A DNA stretch of 64,000 nucleotides. Origin: Squalus acanthias. Its lineage: Eukaryota. Below, piece after piece: positions 38,691 to 50,070 of the stretch. The DNA lies in contig CM059431.1 of assembly GCA_030390025.1 (NCBI GenBank), forward strand, positions 111,726,001 to 111,790,000, written 5' to 3'. Under the pieces are notes generated by a model. The model had not been told where the DNA came from, did not search any database, and saw nothing but the letters and a program-made list of their open reading frames with translations. Position 1 is the first letter of the stretch, and every line of letters begins with the position of its first letter. A program made the position numbers and the translations under genes.

Positions 38691-40129
38691 AAAATAACAA
38701 CAGAAAACGCTGGAAAAACTCAGCAGGCCAGGCAGCATCCGTGGAGAGAGAAACAGAGTTAACGTTTCAGGTCGAAGACCCTTCGTCAGAACTGGATAAA
38801 GCAGGAAATGAAATAGATTTAAAGCAAGTATAAAGCTGGGAAAAGGGGGAGGGGATGAAAGAACAAAAGGAGAGATTAAGAGACATTGAGAGACATTAAG
38901 AGATAATCACGGCAAGAGGAGGTGTTAATGTGACAGGTTGAGGCTAAAAGAAGTGTGAAATGCACTGGCAGAATGAAGGACAGCTGGCAGCTTCTGGGAG
39001 GAAAAAAAAAGGGGGGGGGGGGGCAAACAAAAGGGTGGATGATTGTGATAGGAGCTGAGGTTATGATCTAAAATTGTTGAACTCGATATTGAGTCCACAG
39101 GGCTGTAGCGTGCCTAAACGAAAGATGAGGTGCTGTTCCTCGAGCTTACGCTGAGCTTCCGTGGAACAGTGTAATAGGCCGAGGACGGTGAGGTCAGAGT
39201 GGGAGTGAAGCGGTGAATTAAAGTGACAGGCCACCGGGAGCTCGGGGTCCCCCTTACGGACTGAACGAAGGTGTTCCGCAAAGCGGTCACCCAATCTGCG
39301 TTTGGTCTCCCCAATGTAGAGGAGACCACATCGTGAGCAGCGAATACAGTATACTAAATTGCAGGAAGTACAAGTAAATCGCTGTTTCACCTGGAAGGGG
39401 TGTTTGGGGCCCTGGACAGTGGGAAGAGGGGAGGTATAAGGGCATGTGTTGCATCTCCTACGCTTGCACGGGAAGGTGCCGGGCGAAGGGGAAGGGGTGC
39501 TGGGGGTGGTAGAGGAGTGGACTAGGGTGTCGCGGAGGGAGCGGTCCCTTCGGAATGCTGAAAGGGGAGGTGAGGGGAAGATGCGTTTGGTGGTGGGATC
39601 ACGCTGGAGGTGGCGGAAATGGCGGAGGATGATCCGTTGAATGTGGAGGCTGGTGGGGTGAAAGGTGAGGACAAGGGGAACTCTATCGTGGTTCCGGGAG
39701 GGAGGGGCAGAGGTGAGGGCAGAAGTGCGGGAGATAGAACGGACACGGTCGAGGGCCGTGTCGACCACAGTAGAGGGGAATCCTCGGTTGAGGAAAAAGG
39801 AAGACATGTCGGAAGCACTGGTATGGAAGGTGGCATCGTCAGAGCAGATGCGGCGGAGACGGAGAAACTGGGAGAATGAAATAGAGTCCTTAAAGGAGGC
39901 GGGGTGGGAGGAAGTGTAGTCCAGGTAGCTGTGGGAGTCAGTGGGCTTGTAGTGAATGTTAGTCAATAACCTATCCCCAGAGATGGAGACGGAGAAGTCG
40001 AGGAAGGGAAGGGAAGAATCGGAGATGGACCATGTGAAGGTGAGGGAAGGGTGGAAATTGGAAGCATAGTGAATGAAATGTTCTAGTTCAGGGCGAGAGC
40101 AGGAGACGGCACCGATACAGTCATCAATT
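38691..40129 (-). mobile_element. Penelope-like retroelement, 5'-truncated (RT C-terminus + GIY-YIG endonuclease + 3' pLTR region)
   Basis: Homology starts at the IDD of the RT. YKPT thumb motif and GIY-YIG motif NLVYCIRCSRCGLLYIGETKRRLGDRFAEH; stop at 39061. Flanked by a perfect 13-bp direct repeat AGGGCATTTAGGT (38678-38690 and 40130-40142). Confidence 0.92.
38757..38793 (-). ncRNA. Minimal type I hammerhead ribozyme (family A) in the Penelope 3' region
   Basis: Minus strand AGTT-CTGACGA-AGGGTC.TTC.GACCT-GAAACGTT-AACT: intact core, stem I AGTT/AACT, stem II, palindromic loopless stem III. Confidence 0.8.
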
Positions 40130-40394
40130 AGGGCATTTAGGTCGTCAGTTGAGGAGTGTACAGAGTGAATCACAGGGCCAGCAGAAGCTGGAGCTAATAG
40201 CAGTGGATACTGCTGGCTGGAGGAGCAAATCCTTTAAATCCTTCCATCAGCTGGGGAGCCCAAGGGTTGACACCTCAGGGGTCCAGTATTTAAAGGAAGG
40301 TTGTATCTGAGCACAAGCATTTCATGCGATTACCCTTATCTGTGCAATGTTAATGACCACTTAACAGAACTGCAGTTCACTGGAGAACACATGA

Positions 40395-43300
40395 AAGCAT
40401 GTCAGGAAGGGACAGAAGGTATGGAGTAAAAGGTAAAGTGTTAAATAAGGAAAAAGCAGGAAGTAAGTGTCGCAAAACACATTTGAAAGTTCTTTATCTG
40501 AATGCACGTAGCATTCGTAACAAAATTGACGAGTTAACGGCACAAATAACTATGTATGGGTATGATCTTGTGGCCATTACAGAAACATGGCTGCAGGGTG
40601 ACAACGTCTGGGAATTAAATATGCCAGGGTATTTAACAATCAGGAAGAACAGGCAGGAAGGAAGGGGAGGGGGGGTGGCTATGTTAATAAAGGAAGGAAT
40701 CACTGTAATACAGAGAAATGATATTAGGTCAAAAGATCAGGATAATGAAACAGTTTGGGTAGAGATAAGGAATAATAAGGGGAAAAAAACACTGGTGGGC
40801 GTAGTATATAGGCCTCCTAATAGTTGCAACTCTGTTGGAAGAAGTATTAATCAGGAAATAGTTGGGGCATGTAATAAGGGAACAGCTATAATTATGGGGG
40901 ATTTTAACTATCATATTAACTGGACAAATCAAATTGGGCAGGGCAGCCTTGAGGAAGAGTTTATTGAGTGTCTTAGGGATGGATTTCTTGAGCAGTATGT
41001 AACTGATCCTACAAGGGGGCAAGCAACCTTGGACCTGGTACTGTGTAATGAGTCTGGATTAATTAATAATGTCCTAGTTAAGGATCCCCTTGGAATGAGT
41101 GACCATAACATGGTTGAATTCCATATCCAATTAGAGGGTGAGAAGGTTGGTTCTCAAACAAGCATACTGAGCTTGAATAAAGGAGACTATGATGGCATGA
41201 GAGCAGAATTGATTAAAGTGGACTGGGAAAATAGATTAAAGGGTAAGACGGTACATGAGCAGTGGTGTTCATTCAAGGAGTTATTTTACAACTTTCAAAA
41301 TAAATATATTCCACTGAGGAAAAAAGGGTGTAAAAGAAATGACAGCCATCCATGGCTAAGTAAAGAAATTAAAGAAAGTATCCAACTAAAAACAAGGACA
41401 TATAAGGTAGCCAAAGTTAGTGGGAGGATAGAAGATTGGGAAGTCTTCAAAAGACAACAAAAAGTAACTAAAGGATTGATTAAGAAAGGGAAAATAGACT
41501 ATGAAAATAAATTAGCAAAAAATATAAAAAAAGATAGCAAGAGTTTCTATAGTTATATAAAAAGAAAAAGGGTGGTTAAGGCAAACGTAGGTCCCTTAGA
41601 GGATGAGACTGGGAAATTAATGGTGGGAAACATGGAGATGGCAAAAATGCTGAACAAATATTTTGTTTCAGTCTTTACGGTAGAGGACACTAAGAATATC
41701 CCAACACTGGACAAACAGGGGGCTCTAGTGGGGGAGGAGCTAAATACGATTAAAATCACTAAGGAATTGGTACTCAGTAAAATAATGGGACTCAAGGCGG
41801 ATAAATCCCCTGGACCTGATGGCTTACATCCTAGGGTCTTGAGGGAAGTGGCAGTAGGAATTGTGGATGCTTTGGTAATAATTTTCCAAAACTCCCTGAA
41901 CTCAGCAAAGGTCCCGGCAGATTGGAAAACTGCTAATGTAACACCCTTATTTAAAAAGGGTTGTAGGCAGAAGGCTGGAAATTATAGACCAGTTAGCCTA
42001 ACATCTGTGGTGGGTAAAATTTTGGAGTCTATTATTAAGGAGACAGTAACGGAACATTTAGATAAACATAATTTAATAGGACAAAGTCAGCATGGCTTTA
42101 TGAAGGGGAAGTCATGTCTGACAAATTTGCTCGAGTTCTTTGAGGACATAACATACAAGGTGGATAAAGGGGAACCAGTGGATGTAGTGTATTTAGACTT
42201 CCAGAAGGCATTCGACAAAGTGCCACATAAAAGATTATTACTCAAGATAAAAAATCACTGGATTGGGGGTAATATTCTGGCATGGGTGGAAGATTGGTTA
42301 TCTAACAGGAAGCAGAGAGTTGGGATAAATGGTTCATTCTCAGACTGGCAACCAGTAGCCAGTGGTGTTCCGCAGGGGTCGGTGCTGGGTCCCCAACTCT
42401 TTACAATCTATATTAACGATTTGGAGGAGGGGGCCGAGTGTAACATATCAAAGTTTGCAGATGATACAACGATGGGAGGGAAAGTAGAGAGTGAGGAGGA
42501 CATAAAAAACCTACAAGGGGATATAGACAGGCTGGGTGAGTGGGCAGAGATTTGGCAGATGCAATACAATATTGGAAAATGTGAGGTTATGCACTTTGGC
42601 AGGAAAAATCAGAGAGCAAGTTATTATCTTAATGGCGAGAAACTGGAAAGTACTGCAGTACAAAGGGATCTGGGGGTCTTGGTGCAAGAAAATCAAAAAG
42701 TTAGTATGCAGGTGCAGCAGGTGATCAAGAAAGCCAATGGAATGTTGGCTTTTATTGCTAGGGGGATAGAATATAAAAACAGGGAGGTATTGCTGCAGTT
42801 GTATAGGGTATTGGTGAGACCGCACCTGGAGTACTGCATACAGTTTTGGTGTCCATACTTAAGAAAAGACATACTTGCTCTCGAGGCAGTACAAAGAAGG
42901 TTCACTCGGTTAATTCCGGGGATGAGGGGGTGGACATACGAGGAGAGGTTGAGTAGATTGGGACTCTACTCATTGGAGTTCAGAAGAATGAGAGGCGATC
43001 TTATTGAAACATATAAGATTGTGAAGGGGCTTGATCGGGTGGACACGGTGAGGATGTTCCCAATGATGGGTGAAACTAGAACTAGGGGACATAATCTTAG
43101 AATAAGGGGCTCCTCTTTCAAAACTGAGATGAGGAGAAACTTTTTCACTCAGAGGGTAGTGGGTCTGTGGAATTTGCTACCCCAGGAAGCTGTGGAAGCT
43201 ACTTCATTAAATAAATTTAAAACAGAAATAGACCGTTTCCTAGAAGTAAAGGGAATCAGGGGTTACGGGGAGCGGGCTGGAAATTGGACATGAGTTTGAG

Positions 43301-43496
43301 TTCGGATCGGTCAAGGCCCTGTGGGTGGCGGAGCGGGCCCAGGGGCCGAGTGGCCTGGTCCTGCTCCTGCTTCTTGTGTTCTTTAGAGTTGAGGTTGGAT
43401 CAGATCAGCCATGATCTCATTGAATGGCGGAGCAGGCTCGAGGGGCCGATTGGTCTACTCCTGCTCCTATTTCTTATGTTCTTATGTTCTTATGTT
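40395..43496 (+). mobile_element. CR1 LINE, 5'-truncated (no ORF1 seen), with 3' UTR and (TTCTTATG)n tail
   Basis: ORF2 followed by a CR1 3' UTR and an octamer tail ending ~43496. The 5' boundary is approximate. Confidence 0.9.
40399..43293 (+). CDS. CR1 LINE ORF2 (APE endonuclease + reverse transcriptase), uninterrupted 964 aa
   Basis: EN motifs LYLNARS, AITETW, VYRPP, MGDFN, LDLV, SDH. RT motifs [49 protein letters not shown]1-type C-terminus (RPHLEYC, RGDLIETYKI, TRGH). Confidence 0.95.
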   Translation: MSGRDRRYGVKGKVLNKEKAGSKCRKTHLKVLYLNARSIRNKIDELTAQITMYGYDLVAITETWLQGDNVWELNMPGYLTIRKNRQEGRGGGVAMLIKEGITVIQRNDIRSKDQDNETVWVEIRNNKGKKTLVGVVYRPPNSCNSVGRSINQEIVGACNKGTAIIMGDFNYHINWTNQIGQGSLEEEFIECLRDGFLEQYVTDPTRGQATLDLVLCNESGLINNVLVKDPLGMSDHNMVEFHIQLEGEKVGSQTSILSLNKGDYDGMRAELIKVDWENRLKGKTVHEQWCSFKELFYNFQNKYIPLRKKGCKRNDSHPWLSKEIKESIQLKTRTYKVAKVSGRIEDWEVFKRQQKVTKGLIKKGKIDYENKLAKNIKKDSKSFYSYIKRKRVVKANVGPLEDETGKLMVGNMEMAKMLNKYFVSVFTVEDTKNIPTLDKQGALVGEELNTIKITKELVLSKIMGLKADKSPGPDGLHPRVLREVAVGIVDALVIIFQNSLNSAKVPADWKTANVTPLFKKGCRQKAGNYRPVSLTSVVGKILESIIKETVTEHLDKHNLIGQSQHGFMKGKSCLTNLLEFFEDITYKVDKGEPVDVVYLDFQKAFDKVPHKRLLLKIKNHWIGGNILAWVEDWLSNRKQRVGINGSFSDWQPVASGVPQGSVLGPQLFTIYINDLEEGAECNISKFADDTTMGGKVESEEDIKNLQGDIDRLGEWAEIWQMQYNIGKCEVMHFGRKNQRASYYLNGEKLESTAVQRDLGVLVQENQKVSMQVQQVIKKANGMLAFIARGIEYKNREVLLQLYRVLVRPHLEYCIQFWCPYLRKDILALEAVQRRFTRLIPGMRGWTYEERLSRLGLYSLEFRRMRGDLIETYKIVKGLDRVDTVRMFPMMGETRTRGHNLRIRGSSFKTEMRRNFFTQRVVGLWNLLPQEAVEATSLNKFKTEIDRFLEVKGIRGYGERAGNWT

Positions 43497-43619
43497 AACT
43501 CCAGGGGACATCTGTAGCAGAGCGCCCAATGACAGAGGTCCTAAACTCAGTCTGAGTGAATGCTCAGACTACTTCTACAACAGCCTTGGGTTCTGTTCTA
43601 GAACAGGCTCTCTTGTCTG

Positions 43620-43987
43620 GCTTCAACCCTTTATCACACCTCCATACAGACCCCAGCATCTGCCACATTTGACCCCTTGTGACCCCACCTCATTGTCTTT
43701 GATGTAATGTTTTCATGACTGACCTGTTTGGACACCATCCACACCTTTGATTGCCGTGATCTCTCTGCCGAGGTGTGATAAAGGGCAGTTAGAAAGATTA
43801 ACTGTAGTCGTCTGGCAGTGTTCTCTGACTATATATGCTGTGCCCATATGTATCTCTTCACTTCACCTGACGAAGGAGCAGCGCTCCGAAAGCTTGTGAT
43901 TTCAAATAAAACTGTTGGATTATAACCTGGTGTTGTGCAACTTCTCACATTGGTCCACCCCAGTCCAACACCGGCATCTCCACATCA
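43620..43987 (+). mobile_element. Penelope pLTR/retrozyme-like element (family B)
   Basis: 43830-43987 is homologous to the reverse complement of 62396-62560 and contains a hammerhead. The 5' boundary is uncertain. Confidence 0.65.
43863..43899 (+). ncRNA. Minimal type I hammerhead ribozyme (family B)
   Basis: TCAC-CTGACGA-A-GGAGC.AGC.GCTCC-GAAAGCTT-GTGA: intact core, stem I TCAC/GTGA, palindromic AAGCTT stem III. Confidence 0.8.
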
Positions 43988-44004
43988 TGTTTTATTATTA
44001 CGAT

Positions 44005-44136
44005 AGCAAAATACTGCGGATGCTGGAAATCCGAAATAACAACAGAAAACGCTGGAAAAACTCAGCAGGCCAGGCAACATCCGTGGAGAGAGAAAGAGAG
44101 TTAACGTTTCAGGTCGAAACCCTTCGTCGGAACTGA
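44005..44136 (-). mobile_element. Solo Penelope pLTR fragment (family A), hammerhead core mutated (CCGACGA)
   Basis: Near-identical to 38691-38795. Confidence 0.8.
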
Positions 44137-45402
44137 AAGAGCAAGAAATAAACAGATAAAAATGCAAGGAGGAGGCTGGGGGGAGGAATAAAAGCTTGCT
44201 TTAACGTTGACATTGTCAGAGGTACATTTGACAGCGGAAAGGATCCAGACATCAACAATCTGGCAACCAGATCTGAAAGGAAACAGTCCTGGGGAGGTGA
44301 AGGTGATATGCTAAAGGGATCGAGTTTCTCCTTTCTTGGATAACTGGCGCAATGTAGTAGAACAACCAGAACCCTGGTACACCTTTACAAGACAAACCAG
44401 AAGAAAAAGCTGGGATGTGGCAAAGAACGGCAGCGGACAGAGTGACTGACAGCAGACTCACCCGGGTGTGCCCCGCTGTGCGCCGAGTGTTAGTATGGCA
44501 TCATGCAGTGAGGGTGATGCCAACAAGGTTGACCTTTTCTTCAGGCGGACTGAGAATTTAAAGCCGAACTCGCCAGCTATCTTTAAGCACCGTCGTTTTT
44601 GAAAAGGGTGGGGAACGATCACTTAAAGCAAGGTAGAGGTAAAATAACACAGCATCTCAAAATGATACACTTTGTGGGGAGAGGAAACTTGAAAGCAGAC
44701 TGAGGAAAATCTTGTCCAGTAAACAACAGAAGCGTAGCTTATAAAAGTCCAAAAGTACCTTTTCCAGTGCTCCACAACTGCAGGAGTTCAGATGCTTTGG
44801 CCAACAAGGTTAATCAATTTGAATGGAAACTTGCAGGAGCCTAACTCAAACCTTTTTACTTGCAACGGTTGTCTTCCCAAAGTCCGTTGCTATCCTCCCC
44901 ACTGTTTACTACATTTCCGAGTTTGGTGTCATCTGCAAATTTTGATCTCGCAGTTCTAAGGGTGAAAGCAAGAAAGTGAGAGAGAGAGCACGAGAAAGGT
45001 CAACCCGTGAGGTAATGACGAATCGGATTAAAGTTTCAACAGCAGTGAGGAAAAGGTAGGTGCATAACAGGGTAATGTTCTGGAGATTACAGTGAGTCAA
45101 GAACCTGGTAATGAAGGGATAAGTACCATCTGAACAGTGGTGATCAAAACTAAGGTGTACAAAGGAGGGATGTATTCACTTTCTGATTTCACCCACCCCC
45201 ATTCTATTTATAATATTGAAGGTGCAAGTTTTACATCGTGGTTTCCATTTTTCAGTAATTCCTTTCTATCTCGTAAACACTCCTATATAGATAATACTGT
45301 TAATTATTAAATAAGTCCATTTTACAAATGACCTGGTAACCAGGGACAGGGGAACGAAAACAATGCAATAACATCCCAGAATCCTAGAAATCAAACATAT
45401 AA

Positions 45403-46072
45403 GGGGAAAAATTCGGGTGCTTTGCGCCTCCCATTAGCGTCCTAAGAGGGTGCTAACGGGGCGCAAAGCAACTAGCGCCCGGGTGCGGCGCCACCAACGC
45501 CTCCTGTGAAATTCAGCGGGAGGTTCGTGGCGGCAGTAACCGTTAGCACCCCGCGGCGCTGCGCCGCCAGCGATGACGTCATCGCCGTGCGCAGCGCCCC
45601 GCTCGCGATCTTCGGTAGCGCCCCCTGACTTACCGCCAGACGCTATGTCCGACGGGGTCAGGGGGGCCTACCTGCGACCGGGGCGGCGCTATTTAAAGGC
45701 GAGGTGCCGGGCAGCCATTTTTGTTGCTGGCCGCCTGCCAGCACCTACCTCCGCTCCCGTCCCCGGCCTCCTGAACCGGGCTCTTTTGCCGGCACTTCGA
45801 TCCCCGGTGGCCCAGCTGGGCCCCGGGTCACGCTGCGCAAGGCCCTTCCCCTTTAAGAAGGGGAGGGAGGCCTGCAATACCGAGGCGCTGCGCCACGATA
45901 TTCCGTCACAGCACCCCAAGAGGGAGGCGGGGCGCTTCCAGTAGCGCCCCGCTTACCTCTTGGGGTGCTACCACTCAATTTCGGCCGCGGGGGCGCTAAT
46001 ATTTCCTGGGCGCTAAAAGTAGCGCCCCGGCAAAGTTAGCGCCCCAAAGGGGGCGCGACTCAATTTCTGCCA
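45403..46072. mobile_element. Harbinger-type MITE family A (opposite orientation)
   Basis: Starts GGGGAAAAATTCGG and is highly similar to 50071-50801. TSD not clear. Confidence 0.8.
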
Positions 46073-46814
46073 CCTGGTGTGAAGTGGTACTGGTTTATAT
46101 TGCTCTGTCCCATTCTCTACTACTGTACGTATCCGATTTACAGCACATTGTACGGGTACAAAGTGTTCAATGCCTGCTCTGCACCACTGCTTGGCTATAC
46201 TTACCGTGTACTTTACAGCAGTGTTCATTTAGTAGCATTCAGGCCACAATGACCCAAGCTGTAAGCTCGTGGCACTTAATTTCCCAAACACAGACACTCT
46301 TAATCAAATTAATTATTGCAAAAAAACGAAGAAAAAGAATCTGTGGTTGTGCCAGATGGACTTAATGTTATTCAGAGTTTCGGGATACGACACTGAAGCA
46401 GCTGCTAGTGCTGCTCAACAGCTTGTAGAATAGTTTGTTTGGGAATTAAAGTCCAAGTATGGCGCAATCTACTTTGGCTGTAAAAGATTAATTTCACAAA
46501 TTGCAGATGAGCCTAGACAGACAAACAAATCTGCAAATCTAGACCCTTTTACTTTGTCTATTTGGTTGCTCCCTATCTTCGGTGCACAGCTCCCCAGCAT
46601 TTACATTTGTCATTGGGCAGTGCTCTCCCTAGGCATGCTGGGATGCGAGGCAAGATCAGGGACCCAATTATTAAAGGGGTGCAAACAGAAAGTGTCAGCT
46701 GCAGCCCGTTTAGCTCGCTGGAACAGGAGACATGTACCTCAACAGCAGGTTTAAAGCCATGCATTTTTCATCGGTCTAGTCTGCCACTGGTTCTCTGCAG
46801 GTCCGGTTGTTTTA

Positions 46815-47085
46815 TACAGCACAGAACGAGGACATTCGGCCCATCGTGTCTGTGCCATCTCTCTGAAAGAGCTCTCCAATTAGTCCCTCTCCCCTGCTCT
46901 TTCCCCATAGCCCTGCAAATCTTTTCCTTTTTAAGGATATCTCCAATTCACTTTTGAAAGTTACTTCACCACACGGACTGCAGCGGTTCAAGAAGGGGGC
47001 TCACCACCACCTTCTCAAGGGCAATTTGGGATGGACAATAAATGCCGGCCTTGCCAGCGACGCCCACATCCCGTGAATGACTTTA
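46815..47085. mobile_element. CR1 tail (minus, 46815-46965) plus 3' end of another LINE (plus, 46967-47085)
   Basis: ATACAGCACAGAA...CATTCGGCCC tail. The second piece encodes GLQRFKKGAHHHLLKGN followed by AATAAA. Confidence 0.6.
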
Positions 47086-48072
47086 AAATAAAGAATCTGC
47101 TTCCACCACCCTTTCAATATCTACAAGTTAAGCCAATAGCAGGAAAACCGCCATCCGCAGTAGGCTACACATCTCTAATGCGCGCTATCTCTTACACAGA
47201 GATATATCTGTTTAACATTGGGAGTAAGGTGGGTGCTGTTCAGGTTCGTTTCATCCGAGTGAAAATGAAACCACTGGTTTACTTGCTGAATGATTTTAAT
47301 TGTGCAATTACAAGACTGGCATTCTGTATTTAAAAAAAAATTCCCCTTCCCACTATGAAACTGCCAGAAATTCAGCATCGCTTGGAAACAAAGTGGCCAG
47401 CTTTATTCTTTTTTCAGATAAAGGGGGTTTGGTACATCAGATGAAAGCTTCAATAGTAAATGTCATGAAGAAACATGCCAAAATAGTCTTGGTGACACGA
47501 AAAATAAAAGGAAACAATCGACGTCCTACCTCAAACTCTCCAACTAGAAACTGAAAGAAAAAAGTCATGTTGTCAAGGTCTACAGTTAATTTCGTCAACA
47601 GTTATTATGATTTGTGAAACCATGCTTGGTACAAAGTGTCAAACTACTCTTGCTTTCGAGGAATGCTGCAGGAATACTACAACTGGCCTCGGTGTCACTG
47701 CGTTAGACGAGGACAACACCAGCCAGGACACTTGTTCCTGATTTCTCTCCAGTGACCTTTGCTGGAAACACATGATCGAATTGCTTGGCAGCACTCACTG
47801 TCGAGACTCATGCATAAATAATAGCCATTCGCCAAAGTACCTCAAGACGCACAGGACGTGGAACCAGAACCAATCAAGGAAATAACACCTTCAGGAGAGA
47901 TGGGGAGGGAAGGACCAAAATAGGCAGAAGAAAAACCGATCAATTGAATTATCTTTACCATTTCAATGAGAAATAGTGAGCATTGGTTAGATAACCAAAT
48001 AAAAGTAAATAAAAGTATGATGCAAATTCAGTTTGGTGTCATGTATCTTAGAGCCTGAAGTTGCTGACCCAC

Positions 48073-49094
48073 ATTTTAAAATTCTCATCCTTGTTTTCAA
48101 ATCCCTCCATGGCCTCACTCTTCCCTATCTCTGTAACCTCCTCCAGCCCTACATCCCTCCAAGATCTCAGCACTCCTCCAGTTCTGCCCTCTTGCGCATC
48201 CCCGATTTTATTCGCCTCCACCATTGGTGGCCGTGCCTTTAGCTGCCCAGGCCCTAAGCTCGGGAATTCTCTCCCTAAACCTGTCCAGGGGGAAAATTGG
48301 GTCGCACCCCTGCGTCCAAAATTGAATGGTAGCGCCCCAAGCAGGAGGCGGGACGCTACAGGAAGCGCTCCCCCTCCGTCTTGGGGCGCTCCCATTGAAT
48401 ATCACGGCGCTACGTGCAGCAGCGCCACGCGGGCCGGCACGTTGCGCCATGGTATTACAGGCCTCCCTCCCCTGATTAAAGGGTTGGGGCCGGGCCTAGC
48501 GTAGCGCGGCCCTGCTGGACCACCAGGGAGTAGGGTGCCAGGAAAACAGCCTGGCACTCAAGAGAGTGCCGGGCTGAGCGATCGCGGCCGGCACCCCGCA
48601 GGAGGAGGCCAGAGGCGGCAGGTGCTGGCAGGCTGCCCAAAAAAAAATGGCCGCCCCGGCTGCAAAAAGACCACCCTGACCCTGTCGGACATAGCATCCG
48701 GCGGTAGGGCAGGGGGCGTGAGCCAAGTTTGCGGCCGGGGCACTGCACACGGCGATGATGTCATCGTCGGAGTCACAGCGCCACGGGGCGCTACCGGCTA
48801 CCGCCGCCGCTAACCTCCCGCTGAATTGCATGGGAGGCGTTAGCTGCGCGCGCCCGGGCGCTAGGCACTAGGTTAGCCCCCTCAGGGCGCTAACGGGATG
48901 CGCAAAGCAACCAAATTTTTCCCCTTCCATCTCTCCACCTCTCTCCTCCTTTAAGACTCTCCATAAAACCTACCTCTGTGACCAAGCTTTTGGTCATCTG
49001 TCCTAATATCTCCTTATGTAGCTTGGTGTCAAATTTTGTTTGATAATGCCTTGGGGTGTTTTACTACGTTATATAAATACAAGTTGTTGTTGTT
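48073..49094 (+). mobile_element. L2 LINE 3' fragment split by a MITE
   Basis: FKILILVFKSLHGL..., resumes at 48927 and ends ATAAATACAAGTTGTTGTTG. Confidence 0.85.
48288..48925. mobile_element. Harbinger-type MITE family A nested in an L2 fragment
   Basis: TIRs GGGGGAAAATTGG / CCAAATTTTTCCCCT, flanking (T)CCA duplication. L2 sequence resumes colinearly after it. Confidence 0.85.
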
Positions 49095-50070
49095 GATGTC
49101 AATGATGAAAGATTGCCAACACCAAATTTATTTTTGTTGCAAGTGACCAACAGAAATTGCTACACCTTTGGGTGACCCAACTCTGAACTGTCCATTGAAC
49201 GTGGGCATGAATCAATTTGGGAGTGACTGCTCAAAATTTTAAAAATAATGGGAACCCACTGTGCAAAAATGCCCCTCAGAAATACGTCCATCAACTAACA
49301 CTGCCCCATTAACTGGTGTCAACCGTAAGTTAAGGGCAATTTTAAAACTCAAATGGATCTGTTCCAAATGATTTGTAGGTTAGCGTAGATCACATTATTA
49401 TACTGTACAGTAATGTCATACAAAACATGCCACTCCCTCACTGAAACAGTGAAAATCTAAAGGCAGACCTCCACACTTAAGGGTAAGAAAATACATGCTT
49501 TACAAAATATTCCCTAACTCTCATTTTTTTTTAAAACACTGAACAACTGTGGCAAACCAAAATGGACCAAAAACGCACTCTCCTTTTTAAAAAAGGCAAT
49601 TTTCTATCTGTTGCAAGATATGCTTATTTCATTGTTGTTTTTGGCCCCCACTTCACTCTTGAGCTGTATATCACATTCGCACCCTTGCTCCACTGATTTT
49701 AATAACAGTCACATGACCTTGCCTCAGCCCACAGGCTGAACCGAGTCACCAGCTCTTATTCGAACAAAGATAGCTCCTTTTCACAAAATGTTATTCCCCC
49801 TCCCTCCCTTTTCCTTCTGCTATAAAGAGGAACTGTTAAGGGTAAATCTTTTGACTTTGCATTCCTGGTGCAAATGTTTATGCACCAGGCGCACACATTG
49901 GGAATTCACACCAGGAGCTCAGGAGGACATTTCTACACAAAGTAGGCAGCGAAGTTGGATATAATTCGATTAATAACAGCACCTACCTCATTAAATCAAC
50001 TTAATGAAGTAGCTGCCAACATAAGTTCGAGAACGGATGGTAGTTATCGTTGGTCTGTTGATTTTAGAGA

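Noticed and set aside
40130..40173. N-terminal MIHSVHSSTDDLNAL of the Penelope ORF
   Set aside because: Lies in and beyond the TSD, so it is flanking DNA rather than element sequence.
44099..44134. Active hammerheads at 44099-44134 and 62310-62346
   Set aside because: The conserved CTGANGA core is mutated (CCGACGA, CTGACAA).
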